A stretch of 64,000 bases of DNA from contig JABJGH010000031.1 in the NCBI GenBank assembly GCA_018662365.1, forward strand, positions 34,468-98,467, given 5' to 3'. Made by a program: the position numbers and the translations under genes. The stretch's first letter is position 1, and every line of letters begins with the position of its first letter. Below the pieces are notes generated by a model, which was not told the origin of the DNA, searched no databases, and was given only the letters and a program-made list of their open reading frames with translations. The stretch is from Chloroflexota bacterium (lineage in GTDB: Bacteria; Chloroflexota; Anaerolineae; Anaerolineales; UBA11579). Of this stretch, positions 39,424 to 49,429 are shown piece after piece.

Positions 39424-40791
39424 TCAATGGGAATTAGCAACCACAACTTGGTCACGACCAGCCTGTTTAGCTTGGTAAAGGGCCTGGTCTGCAAGCTGAA
39501 TAAGGCTTTCTGCATTAGTCTCATGTTTTGGATAAAGGGAAATCCCACAAGACAGGGAGATTGAACCCAATAACTGACCGCTGTTTCTAACAGACATCTG
39601 TTTAACTTTGACGCGCAGGTTTTCTGCACGTTCTTGAACGACTTCTAGCGGCGTCTCTGGCAGGATTAATATGAACTCTTCCCCACCATAGCGGCAGGCA
39701 ATATCGGTCACGCGGCTATGGTTCTTTAGAAGTATGCCAAATTCTCGCAATACAGCGTCTCCTGCATCATGCCCGAAGGTGTCATTGAATTGTTTAAAAT
39801 GATCAATGTCCATCATGATGACTCCCACATCTTTTTTTGTTCGCTCTGCTCTCGGGAGTTCACGTTCTAAAGTTTCCTCCATATAACGTCGATTGAACAA
39901 GCCAGTAAGCGGGTCACGGATGGATTGGAAGCGCAATGTTTCCCGAAGCCGCAGATTTACCAATGCTAATGAGACTTGTTCAGTTAAACTCACTGCTAGG
40001 CGTTCTACTTCTTGAACTGACGCAGAATTGTCTTCCAAGTGATTCTGTAGTTGAAGGTAGAGTACTCCAAGAGTTTCTCCATGAGCTGACATTGGTACAC
40101 AGATATGACCACATCCTGGTGATGGATCATGGCGGCAAACAGAAACAGTACTCTGATCGGTTTCTACTCTTATTCGGCCAAGCCTTAATGCCCAACATTC
40201 GTCGTTGGGAATAACTTGGGCCTGAAAATCATCAGGCCAATCGCCCCATGAAGCTTGGGCTTCCAAGTCAGTACCGGATGGATTTCGTAAAAAAAGTGCT
40301 CCTGTTTGATTTTTAAACAGTTTTCCGGCGAACTGCGCAATGACGAAATAGGCTTCATCGGTAGTTTTGCTGGCCTGAAATAAATCTCCCATCTCCTTCA
40401 GCAAGCTCGCCTCAAGGTTGCGTTGTTCCAGTTCAGCTGTGCGCTCTATCACACGCTGCTCCATTTGATCATGTTCACCTTGTAAAGCAGCCTCAGCTTT
40501 TTTGCGCTCTACGATACGCCGGGACAAAGGTAGGAACATAAAAAAGTGCAGAGCAGGAGATAATAATAAAACCAGCAAAATTGAATTGATTAGTGCTTCA
40601 GCAAGTCGAGAAAAATCATGCAGAGGCACAAATAGCATAATCATCATTTCGAACAAGCCAGTCATCGCTGCAATGATAAGCAAATTACGAACCGGGGATT
40701 CCTTAAGGAATATCGACGAGATGAATCTAGAACCCATTTGCTGATCTTTTTCTTTTGTTTTTGTCATTACTTCTCCAATTGGGACTAGCAT
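39424..40791 (-). CDS. Membrane-bound GAF-GGDEF diguanylate cyclase
   Basis: 2 TM, GAF, RDPLTGLFNRR, DIDHFKQFND, RVTD I-site and RYGGEEF. Confidence 0.92.
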   Translation of the reverse strand: MLVPIGEVMTKTKEKDQQMGSRFISSIFLKESPVRNLLIIAAMTGLFEMMIMLFVPLHDFSRLAEALINSILLVLLLSPALHFFMFLPLSRRIVERKKAEAALQGEHDQMEQRVIERTAELEQRNLEASLLKEMGDLFQASKTTDEAYFVIAQFAGKLFKNQTGALFLRNPSGTDLEAQASWGDWPDDFQAQVIPNDECWALRLGRIRVETDQSTVSVCRHDPSPGCGHICVPMSAHGETLGVLYLQLQNHLEDNSASVQEVERLAVSLTEQVSLALVNLRLRETLRFQSIRDPLTGLFNRRYMEETLERELPRAERTKKDVGVIMMDIDHFKQFNDTFGHDAGDAVLREFGILLKNHSRVTDIACRYGGEEFILILPETPLEVVQERAENLRVKVKQMSVRNSGQLLGSISLSCGISLYPKHETNAESLIQLADQALYQAKQAGRDQVVVANSH

Positions 40792-40811
40792 TCATCTATT
40801 TGTACTCAGAG

Positions 40812-41843
40812 TTACGAACTCTCAGTAATTATGTTCAGAAAAACTTCCACCACTTGTGGATCAAACTGTTTCCCGTTCTGATGTTTAATTTCATTTAATG
40901 CCTCTTCATTAGTCCAGGCTTTCTTATATGGTCGCTCATGGATTAATGCATCAAACACATCTACAACGGTCACTATTCGACCAGGTAGAGGAATCTCTTC
41001 CCCTTTCATGCCAGCATAACCATTGCCATTCCAGTGCTCATGATGAGTCAATGCTATCTTCTCAGCCATATTCAAGAGGGGGGATTGACTCCCCGAAAGG
41101 ATTTTGGCACCAATGGTGGTATGTGTCTTCATCACTTCCCACTCTTTTGGCGTGAGTTTCCCTGGTTTGAGCAGGATTGAGTCGGGGATGCCGATTTTTC
41201 CGATATCATGCAGGGGAGCAACCTGCCTGATTATTTCAACTTGATCCTCAGAAAAGCCCAACCCCGCAGCAATTCGAGCCGACAATTTTCCCACACGTAG
41301 AATATGTTCGCCGGTATTATCGTCGCGATATTCCGCAGCTAATGCTAACCGTTCTAATATCTCGATCCGAGATTCGTTGAGTTGTTGAGTTCGTTCTTGC
41401 ACTTTTTGGTCGAGGGTTTGGTTCTGATTCTGAAGCTGCAGGTGCAGTGATCGTGTCTGGAGCAAGTTGCGGATGCGAAGGATGACCTCGGTTGGATCAA
41501 AAGGTTTAGTCAGAAAGTCGGTAGCACCCTCCGAAAGGGCATGCTGTTTTGCCTCAGAAGTAATATCGGCAGTCAAAACCAGGATTGGTAGAAATGAATT
41601 TTCTGGGATGTTTTTTCGTAATTGTTTCATCACGGCATAACCATCCATATGCGGCATATGGAGATCCAATAGGATTAGATCTGGTTTGAAATTCAGAAAA
41701 GAGGTCAGGGCTTTTCTAGAGTCCGTGATGCTCAAAAAGTTTTCAAAATTTTCTTCCTGTAGAATACCCTCTAATAAAAGGGTGTTGGGAACCTTATCAT
41801 CGATGATTAGGAATTTTGGATCAGTGAAAGTATTTTTAGCCAT
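40812..41843 (-). CDS. REC-HD-GYP c-di-GMP phosphodiesterase (RpfG-like)
   Basis: LIIDD/LLDLHMP receiver; [35 protein letters not shown]. Confidence 0.92.
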   Translation of the reverse strand: MAKNTFTDPKFLIIDDKVPNTLLLEGILQEENFENFLSITDSRKALTSFLNFKPDLILLDLHMPHMDGYAVMKQLRKNIPENSFLPILVLTADITSEAKQHALSEGATDFLTKPFDPTEVILRIRNLLQTRSLHLQLQNQNQTLDQKVQERTQQLNESRIEILERLALAAEYRDDNTGEHILRVGKLSARIAAGLGFSEDQVEIIRQVAPLHDIGKIGIPDSILLKPGKLTPKEWEVMKTHTTIGAKILSGSQSPLLNMAEKIALTHHEHWNGNGYAGMKGEEIPLPGRIVTVVDVFDALIHERPYKKAWTNEEALNEIKHQNGKQFDPQVVEVFLNIITESS

Positions 41844-44800
41844 TTAGTTTACATTTCCTTTCATCAGTTTTTCAATAAGTTTGATGAAATCTTCTATGTT
41901 GAGCGGTTTCGTCAAGTATGCTTCTGCTCCCAGTTTCATCAGTTCCTTGATCTTACTAGGATTAGCATCAGCACTGTGCATTATCACTGGGATAGCCTTA
42001 GTTTCCTTATCACTTTTCAGATGACGCATCGCATCTAACCCATTCATGCCCGGAAGTTGCATATCAAGTATTATTAGGTCTGGTTTCTGCTGACGGGCAA
42101 TTTCTATACCTATCTCAGCTCGAGTTTCACCTAGTAGTTCAATCTGGGGATACTCGGTTAGTATTTGTCGGACCAATTCAAAGTTTGCCGGATTGTCTTC
42201 GATGTACAGGATTGAAAAGATCTGTGCAGGAAGCTCGACCAACGATTTTTCCTCATCTTTTTTGATCAGGTATTCAAGCGGGTCGTTTGTTATTGGCAGC
42301 TCGACCCAGAATGTGCTGCCCTGCCCAACTTCACTTTCCACGCCTATTTTCCCATCCATCAGCTCCACCAGACGTTTGGATATTGAAAGGCCCAGCCCCA
42401 CTCCCTCTACCTCACTAGTTTCTGCGCCTAGGCGTTCAAAAGGTTTAAATATTCGTTCTATTTGATCAGGTGACATACCATTCCCAGTGTCTGTCACCAA
42501 GATGCGCAGATAGCCGTTCGGGCGTTCCTCATGAGTGACAGTCACTCGTCCACCCTGACGGGTGTATTTGACAGCGTTACTCATCAGGTTCAGGCATACC
42601 TGTTTCAATCGTTGATGGTCGGCTAATATGTACAGGTTTTCACCTGGCTCAGTCGGAATTACTATTTGGATATCTTTCTGGTCCGCCAGTGGTTTTATTA
42701 GCTCACACGCTTCTCTTTCAGCACTCTGTAACTGCACAGGTTCTGGTGAGATTTCCAAGCGGCCAGCCTCAATCCGTGAGAGATCCAAGATTTCATTGAT
42801 CAGGCTGAGCAGGTGCTTCCCCCCTTGAATAACTTGATTGGTACGTTCTCTCTGGCTGTCTGACAGGGGATCTTTCTTGCTCATTTCCATTAGCTGTGCA
42901 AAACCCAGGATAGAGTTCATCGGCGTGCGAAGTTCATGGCTCATTCGGGAGAGGAACTCAGATTTGGCCTGATTGGCAACCTGGGTTTCCTTAAATAATT
43001 CCGAGACCCGGATAGCACTTGCTACTTGGCTAGCAAAGACAGAGAATGTTGAGATATCATTTTCTTTAATATTTTCACCCCACACCACTAACACTCCAAT
43101 TACTTCTTCATCGGCGAATAATGGTAAATAGATGGTTGAAACATTTTGCTTCATTCCCGCCAACCTAGCAAAGCTTTTGACCAAAACTTCAGGAAATTCA
43201 GGCAGCATTTTTTCTATCACTGGAAGAATATTCTTGAAATACTGGGGTTTTTTTTGTTTAACAAGATCTTCATAGACCGGGAAGTTCTTGCGTGGTATAG
43301 AAAAACCCTGTGAGCTTACACCAGCCAGTTTCTCAGCCGCCTTTAGCGCTTTTGATCCCATAGCAACATATTTCAAAATCATATCTTGTCCTTCGGGATC
43401 TAAAAAAGCGACAAAATAGTTAATACCTTGTTGGGTTAACTCGTATTCTAGAATCTTGTATATCTGTTGAGGATCTAGGGTTGTTTGGACTTTGCTAGCC
43501 ACTTGGTTCAAAGAAGAAATCAGATTATATGAATTCATCATGGCGATTGACTGATTCTTCAGATTCTCTTCATTTTTTTTACGTTTAGTGATGTCTTGTT
43601 TGACAGCGATGAAATGTGAAATTTCACCCCTTTGGTTTTTCACAGGTGTGATCGTTATTTCTTCTGTATAAAGGCTTCCATCCTTCCGCTTATTGATTAT
43701 CTCATTATGCCAAACTTGCCCAGATTTGATCGTATCCCATAAAACGCTATAGAAAACTTCATCGTGTTGGCCTGATTTGAGGATATTGGGCTGGTTCCCC
43801 ACAGCTTCCTCTTTCATATAACCGGTCAGGCGGCTGAAGGCCGGGTTTACCCAGGAGATCATACCGTCAAAATCAGTGATGATGATCGCATTGGCGGAGG
43901 CCTCCAAGGCGGCATTTTGCAGCTGCATCTCCCGATCGTCGAGCATGTGTTGGGTGATTTCTTGACCAAAAGCCTGTATTTCTTTAAGCTCACCATTTTT
44001 ATTGAATATACCGCGATCTGTCCATGTTTCCCAACATTCTTCATCATCAGAACTGATAGTATAGAATTCATCAGTGAAAACAGGATTTGTAGGTGTCAGC
44101 TTAGCAAGCTTTTTTCTAAACCGCTTCTGTTCTTCCTTTGAGAGTTCATCGATAATCCTGGTTCCTATTAAATCATCCTCAGATCTGCCCATATGACGGC
44201 TGTAACTCTGGTTGACGAAGGTGCGGGTCGTATCGGGCAGATAGCGGACCAAAAATTCGGTTTGATCCTCTACTACAGAGCGGTATTTCTCCTCACTCTG
44301 TTTGAGAGCTTCCTCCATATTTTTTCGATCGGTGATATCCCAGCCCATAGATTGGATCGCTATCAACTGCCCCTCTTCATCAAAAGTTCCCCGATCAGTC
44401 CAGTGATACCATCTACCCGCTCTATCTCCCTTGGTTCCGAGATATTCATCGGTTTGAATCGGTTGTTGTGGGGTGAGGGTTTTGATTCTCCGCTTGATTA
44501 TCTTGGCAGCTTTTGAGGAAATTAATGAAAAAAAATTGATTTTGATAAATTCTTCACGGGTCTTTTGAAATAATTTTGCATATTGTTCGTTCACGAAAAC
44601 AATGGTTCCATCCGGTTTCCATCGATAGATTAGTTCAGTCATGTCTTCAAGAATGGATCGAAAACGATTTTCGCTTTCTTGAAGTTCCTTGGTTCGCTTA
44701 TTGACGCGATCCTCCAGTTCTTCGTTTAGTTTTTGGATCTCATCTTCGACCTGTTTGCGTTCTGTGATATCGCGTATGGTGGCAGAGATCAACGAGCTGT

Positions 44801-45128
44801 CTTCAGTTTTCAGAAAACTTAGACTAATATCTATGGAGAACTCAGTGCCATTTTGCTGCAGGCCATACAAATCCAAACCCTCTCCCATGATACGTTTCTG
44901 TGGATTGGCAGCAAATTTTTCCCTGTTTGTGGGATGAGTCGTGAATCGCTGTGGAATTAGAACTTCCACAGGTTTACGAATCAGTTCTTCTGCTCGGTAA
45001 CCAAACATTTTTTCGGCTTGAGGGTTAACCAATAAGATTTCACCGTCTAAATTGGTGATGATGATCCCATCTGGGGATGAGCTAAAGAGATCAATAAAGG
45101 ATAAATTATTTTCAAGAGCATTATCCAT
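41844..45128 (-). CDS. Multi-PAS, GAF, hybrid histidine kinase (HisKA-HATPase-REC)
   Basis: Four PAS/PAC repeats, KSEFLSRMSHELRTP, NAVKYT, GVGLGLSI, C-terminal receiver LDMQLP. Confidence 0.92.
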   Translation of the reverse strand: MDNALENNLSFIDLFSSSPDGIIITNLDGEILLVNPQAEKMFGYRAEELIRKPVEVLIPQRFTTHPTNREKFAANPQKRIMGEGLDLYGLQQNGTEFSIDISLSFLKTEDSSLISATIRDITERKQVEDEIQKLNEELEDRVNKRTKELQESENRFRSILEDMTELIYRWKPDGTIVFVNEQYAKLFQKTREEFIKINFFSLISSKAAKIIKRRIKTLTPQQPIQTDEYLGTKGDRAGRWYHWTDRGTFDEEGQLIAIQSMGWDITDRKNMEEALKQSEEKYRSVVEDQTEFLVRYLPDTTRTFVNQSYSRHMGRSEDDLIGTRIIDELSKEEQKRFRKKLAKLTPTNPVFTDEFYTISSDDEECWETWTDRGIFNKNGELKEIQAFGQEITQHMLDDREMQLQNAALEASANAIIITDFDGMISWVNPAFSRLTGYMKEEAVGNQPNILKSGQHDEVFYSVLWDTIKSGQVWHNEIINKRKDGSLYTEEITITPVKNQRGEISHFIAVKQDITKRKKNEENLKNQSIAMMNSYNLISSLNQVASKVQTTLDPQQIYKILEYELTQQGINYFVAFLDPEGQDMILKYVAMGSKALKAAEKLAGVSSQGFSIPRKNFPVYEDLVKQKKPQYFKNILPVIEKMLPEFPEVLVKSFARLAGMKQNVSTIYLPLFADEEVIGVLVVWGENIKENDISTFSVFASQVASAIRVSELFKETQVANQAKSEFLSRMSHELRTPMNSILGFAQLMEMSKKDPLSDSQRERTNQVIQGGKHLLSLINEILDLSRIEAGRLEISPEPVQLQSAEREACELIKPLADQKDIQIVIPTEPGENLYILADHQRLKQVCLNLMSNAVKYTRQGGRVTVTHEERPNGYLRILVTDTGNGMSPDQIERIFKPFERLGAETSEVEGVGLGLSISKRLVELMDGKIGVESEVGQGSTFWVELPITNDPLEYLIKKDEEKSLVELPAQIFSILYIEDNPANFELVRQILTEYPQIELLGETRAEIGIEIARQQKPDLIILDMQLPGMNGLDAMRHLKSDKETKAIPVIMHSADANPSKIKELMKLGAEAYLTKPLNIEDFIKLIEKLMKGNVN

Positions 45129-45486
45129 ATCTTACATACCTTCCATTAGAATGGAAACAATTAAATTTAACATCTCCCAGTTTTTATCATGTCCAGGGAA
45201 GTGTTATCCGTATTATAGCCTTCAATTTTATGGATTTCCCAATCCAAGTTGAAATTGATATAAAAGTTACTTGAAAAGTTCGATAATAATAACATAGTTG
45301 GCTAGGATTTCTGAGCATGAAATGTTTCCCCCAAACGAAAACAATCATAACTAATTAATCCTTTAGAAAAGTCTAAATTAATTATATAGTCATACAGTTT
45401 TTCCTGCAATATGTCGCATAACCTTTTTTTTTATTAATTTGGTTGACTGGGTGCACCTCAAATAGGCACTATGAACTACAATAATC

Positions 45487-45536
45487 ACTGAGTCTTAATC
45501 AGTAGGTTACAGGTTCGATTCCTGTGCAGATCACCA
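45487..45536 (+). repeat. Degenerate tRNA-Lys(CTT) 3' half (att-like)
   Basis: ACTGA-GTCTTAA-TCAGT anticodon arm, ACAGG-TTCGATT-CCTGT T arm, ends in ACCA. No 5' half upstream. Confidence 0.7.
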
Positions 45537-45579
45537 TAGATGTGGAGGTTTCATGAAAAGTGACCGATACATTTGCCGT

Positions 45580-45993
45580 TTAATTGGGTTTGTTTAGTGG
45601 GGAATTTTCTAAGCTGTTGCCAATCTGTTGCCATTTTGACGGAATTGGGATTACCAATTCATCCATAAGCTCTGCGGCTTCCTTTTGAATGACTGGTAAA
45701 AAGTGGCTATAGATGTCTAAAGTGATACTTGGCTTTGAATGACCTAACCATCTAAGTACCACCATTAGAGGGATGCCATTCATCAACATTAAGGTTGCAG
45801 CAGTATGCCTTAGATCGTGAAAACGAATATTCGACAGACCGACTTTCTCGAGCAACGGTTTAAAGTAACGATGCGATTTACCTTGGTCTGTGGGGCTCCC
45901 GGAAGGGGTCGGGGAAATCAAATCATTCTCTTGCCAGTCTTTTCTATGGCGTTCTAATTCCAGGTGTTTGTAATTTTCTATAAGTTGATACAT
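45580..45993 (-). pseudogene. Tyrosine integrase C-terminal remnant
   Basis: IRFHDLRHTAAT, LGHS, TLDIYSH catalytic motifs. The N-terminal part, including the first catalytic Arg, is absent; points toward the tRNA-Lys fragment. Confidence 0.85.
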
Positions 45994-46032
45994 TGTTCAA
46001 GTAAATCTATGACTAACTTTTGCTGGGCAACA

Positions 46033-46854
46033 CTAGCTAATCTCTCGCCCCAAAGCAGCCGCCACTTTCCCAACCTCTTCAAACCACTGCGGTAGCATTT
46101 CAAGCGGCAAAGCCTGATCGCCATCGGATAAGGCTTCGTCAGGTTTGGGGTGAAACTCGACCATCAAGCCATCAGCCCCGGCAGCAACCGCGGCTCGTGA
46201 TGCCGGAATGATAAGATCACGCCGTCCGGTAGCATGGCTGGGATCACCGATGACGGGATAAGGGCTAATCTGCTTAAGGAGTGCAATGGCGCTTGTGTCA
46301 AAGACATTGCGGGTGGAATGATCAAAGCTGCGGATGCCACGCTCGCATAAGATAATATTCTCGTTGCCGCGGTTGGCAATATGCTCAGCGGCCATCAACC
46401 ATTCCTCGACAGTGGACATAAAGCCGCGCTTAAGCATGATGGGCTTATTCATCTCGCCGACAGCCCACAAGAGCGGGAAATGCTGCATATTGCGACTGCC
46501 AATCTGAATGATATCAGCATACTCAGCGACTAGTTCAACCTGCTCGATGCCTAAGGCTTCCGTGACGAGGGCGAGACCAAATTCATCGGCGACATCGCGC
46601 AGAATTTTGAGGCCTTCTTCGCCTAAGCCCTGGAAGGCATGCGGCGAAGTACGCGGCTTAAATGCGCCGCCCCGAAAAATCTTAATGCCGATCTCAGCGA
46701 CGGTCTGCGCTACCCGTCGGGCCTGTTCGTAGCTTTCCGCGGAACACGGCCCGGCGATGAGAACGACTTCGTCACTGCCAATGGTTAGGCCTTCTCGGAT
46801 TTGAACTTGGATGTCTGTTTTTTCTTTAGCCATAATCATTAATGCACCATTCAA
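46033..46854 (-). CDS. aroF: DAHP synthase, type I-beta, without N-terminal regulatory domain
   Basis: IAGPCSAES, RGGAFKPRTSP, QIGSRNMQ, LKRG, LCERGIR, DPSHATG, EFHPKP, SDGDQ. Confidence 0.9.
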   Translation of the reverse strand: MNGALMIMAKEKTDIQVQIREGLTIGSDEVVLIAGPCSAESYEQARRVAQTVAEIGIKIFRGGAFKPRTSPHAFQGLGEEGLKILRDVADEFGLALVTEALGIEQVELVAEYADIIQIGSRNMQHFPLLWAVGEMNKPIMLKRGFMSTVEEWLMAAEHIANRGNENIILCERGIRSFDHSTRNVFDTSAIALLKQISPYPVIGDPSHATGRRDLIIPASRAAVAAGADGLMVEFHPKPDEALSDGDQALPLEMLPQWFEEVGKVAAALGREIS

Positions 46855-46856
46855 AA

Positions 46857-48386
46857 TTAAATAATTGATTCTCTTTCCGTCAAACTATCTATACTTGCCA
46901 GCACGAGCTCACATACCTTACGGCGTTGGATTTTACCGGAAGCGGTTAGCGGTAGACTTTCATAAAAGATAATCTGGCGCGGGATTTTGTACCCAGCCAA
47001 ATGCTGACGGCAAAAAGTATCAACTAGTTCTCTGGCTGAAACATGCTGGCCGGGTTCCAGCACAACGGCAGCAGCGACCTGTTGACCCCATTCCTCATCT
47101 GGTAAGCCAACAACACAGGCCTGGGCGACGCTGGGGTTGGATAGCAAAACCTTCTCTACCTCGGAAGGATATATATTCTCACCACCGCTGATGATTAGGT
47201 CAACCCGGCGCTGTACGAGCCAAAGATCGCCATCCAGATCGAGGTATCCAAGGTCGCCAGTATGCAACCAATCATTTTGAAAGGTTTTGGAAGAGGTTTT
47301 AAGCTGAAGATAATAACCCTGCATGAGGGTCGGTCCGCTAACCAGGACTTCGCCGATCTCACCTGCGGGCAAAACAGACCCACCTTGATCGACAATCTTG
47401 ACGCTGGTCCCGACAAGCGGCTTGCCAACCGTGCCTGGCTTATGGCGGGTTTCTTCCGGTGTGGCAGTAGACACCTGGGAAGCGGCTTCGCTGAGACCGT
47501 AGGTAAGCCCCACTTTTAAATCAAGAGCAGCGGCTTGGACCAAAAGCTGTTCGTCGGCAGCGGCGCCACCCAATAAGATCAGGCGTAGGGTTTGCAGACT
47601 AGCTGCAGATCGAGAGATGCTTAGCAGGCGGGCCAGCATGGTGGGAACCAAGGAGATAATCGTAGCTTTCTGAGCGTCAATAGCATCCAATACAGCCCTC
47701 TCATCAAAACCCCTAAGCAGGATTGTAGCAGTACGGTAAAAGCAGGAACGCAGCAAGATCGCCATTCCACCGACATGGTAAAGGGGCATACAGAGCAACC
47801 AGCGGTCGTTGGGCTGGGTTCCCAGACGCTGGGCGGAAGCCTGGGCGCTGGCAGAATGGTTGGCGTAACTCAATGCGGCGCCTTTAGGAAAGCCAGTGGT
47901 ACCGGAAGTAAAGACGATAGATTGAAGGGCATTCGGGTCAAAGGCGGGCAAATCCCAATTGGCAGTATCGTCAGGTGTGAGAGATTGAAGCTGCTCCAAG
48001 CTGATGGCCTTGGCTATGCTGCCAAGGCCATGGATCTGGACAGTAGTGCTATCATCAAAGATGACAAAAGTGGTTTCGGCATAAGCAGCTTGCCAGGAAA
48101 GTTCCTCGGCAGTAAGGCGAATGTTCAAAGGAAGCAAGACAGCACCAATACGTGCCAGGGCGTGGAGCAAGAAAACCCACTCCGCCCTGTTGGGCATCAA
48201 AACGCCAATATGCTGGCCGGGACGAACGCCTGCAGTGAGCAAACGCCCAGCCCAACTAGTAACGGCCTGATCAAGGGCAAGATAGTCCCATGACTGATCA
48301 CCATGAATTAATGCCAATTGTTGAGGAGCCTCTTGGGCGGCCTGTTTGAGCCAATCTTGTTTTGCTTTCATTCGACCTTTATCCAT
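46857..48386 (-). CDS. menE: O-succinylbenzoate-CoA ligase
   Basis: FTSGTTGFPKG, PLYHVGG, YGLSEAASQV, TGDLGY, LIISGGENIYP; men-cluster context. Confidence 0.9.
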   Translation of the reverse strand: MDKGRMKAKQDWLKQAAQEAPQQLALIHGDQSWDYLALDQAVTSWAGRLLTAGVRPGQHIGVLMPNRAEWVFLLHALARIGAVLLPLNIRLTAEELSWQAAYAETTFVIFDDSTTVQIHGLGSIAKAISLEQLQSLTPDDTANWDLPAFDPNALQSIVFTSGTTGFPKGAALSYANHSASAQASAQRLGTQPNDRWLLCMPLYHVGGMAILLRSCFYRTATILLRGFDERAVLDAIDAQKATIISLVPTMLARLLSISRSAASLQTLRLILLGGAAADEQLLVQAAALDLKVGLTYGLSEAASQVSTATPEETRHKPGTVGKPLVGTSVKIVDQGGSVLPAGEIGEVLVSGPTLMQGYYLQLKTSSKTFQNDWLHTGDLGYLDLDGDLWLVQRRVDLIISGGENIYPSEVEKVLLSNPSVAQACVVGLPDEEWGQQVAAAVVLEPGQHVSARELVDTFCRQHLAGYKIPRQIIFYESLPLTASGKIQRRKVCELVLASIDSLTERESII

Positions 48387-48461
48387 ATACTTATTACCAG
48401 ATATCTCTAGTGTTTTGATAATGATAAAACCAATAGCTGTATCAGGTTGGTTTCCTCGACA

Positions 48462-48525
48462 AAGCCAAGTGTTCCGTCATTGGCTACGTTAATACTTGAA
48501 TGAGGCTTGACAGAACACTTGGCTT
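48462..48525. repeat. 18-bp inverted repeat with 28-bp spacer in the menB-menE gap
   Basis: AAGCCAAGTGTTCCGTCA ... TGACAGAACACTTGGCTT (17/18 complementary). Confidence 0.65.
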
Positions 48526-48582
48526 GTAAAACTATCCAATCTATCGATTGAAATAACCTCAATCAGGCCCCTGTAGTAAATC

Positions 48583-49428
48583 CTACGGACGCCAGGGGTA
48601 CTTGCGGAATTCAGGTTTGCGTTTTTGCAGATAAGCATCACGGCCTTCTTGTCCTTCTTCAGACATGTAAAAGAGCATGGTAGCATTGCCAGCCAATTCC
48701 TGGATGCCAATCTGCCCATCGGTTTCAGCATTGAAGGCAACCTTCATAAATCGGATGGCAAGGGGGCTTTTCTCCATGATTTCTTTACCCCAAATAACAC
48801 CTTCCTCTTCAAGCTCCGCCACGGGAACTACCTTGTTAACCATCCCCATCGCTTCAGCCTCTTCGGCGCCGTACTGACGGCAGAGATACCAAATCTCTCG
48901 AGCCTTCTTTTGGCCGACGTGACGGGCCAGAAAGCTGGCACCCAACCCAGCATCAAAACTGCCGACTTTAGGACCAGTCTGCCCAAAAACGGCATTATCG
49001 GCAGCAATCGTTAGATCACAAACAACATGAAGAACGTGCCCGCCGCCGATGGCATAGCCGGGGACGAGGGCAATTACAACTTTAGGAATCGAGCGAATGA
49101 TTTTTTGCAGAGTAAGGACATTCAGGCGGGCAACGCCGTCGTCTCCAATATAGCCTGCTTCCCCGCGGACGCGCTGGTCGCCACCGGAACAAAATGCATA
49201 TTTGCCATCCTTGGCGGGGCCATTGCCTGTCAAAAGAATAACGCCAATCCGGGAATCTGCCCAGGCATCGTTGAAAGCATCGATCATCTCATCAATGGTT
49301 TGGGGACGGAAAGCGTTACGAACTTCCGGGCGGTTGAAAGCAATACGAGCTAGTCCCTCCTCGCATTTGTGGTAAGTAATATCCTCATAGGATCTGGCCT
49401 CTTGCCATTTTACAGATGAAGTTTCCAT
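48583..49428 (-). CDS. menB: 1,4-dihydroxy-2-naphthoyl-CoA synthase
   Basis: [48 protein letters not shown]. The ATG at 49428 follows the menD stop. Confidence 0.97.
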   Translation of the reverse strand: METSSVKWQEARSYEDITYHKCEEGLARIAFNRPEVRNAFRPQTIDEMIDAFNDAWADSRIGVILLTGNGPAKDGKYAFCSGGDQRVRGEAGYIGDDGVARLNVLTLQKIIRSIPKVVIALVPGYAIGGGHVLHVVCDLTIAADNAVFGQTGPKVGSFDAGLGASFLARHVGQKKAREIWYLCRQYGAEEAEAMGMVNKVVPVAELEEEGVIWGKEIMEKSPLAIRFMKVAFNAETDGQIGIQELAGNATMLFYMSEEGQEGRDAYLQKRKPEFRKYPWRP

Positions 49429-49429
49429 T

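Noticed and set aside
45487-45536. Intact tRNA-Lys gene
   Set aside because: No 5' half upstream and G at position 32; treated as a degenerate fragment (same for 56346-56386).
45580-45993. Functional integrase
   Set aside because: Only 137 aa; the N-terminal domains and first catalytic Arg are missing, and aroF ends 40 bp upstream.
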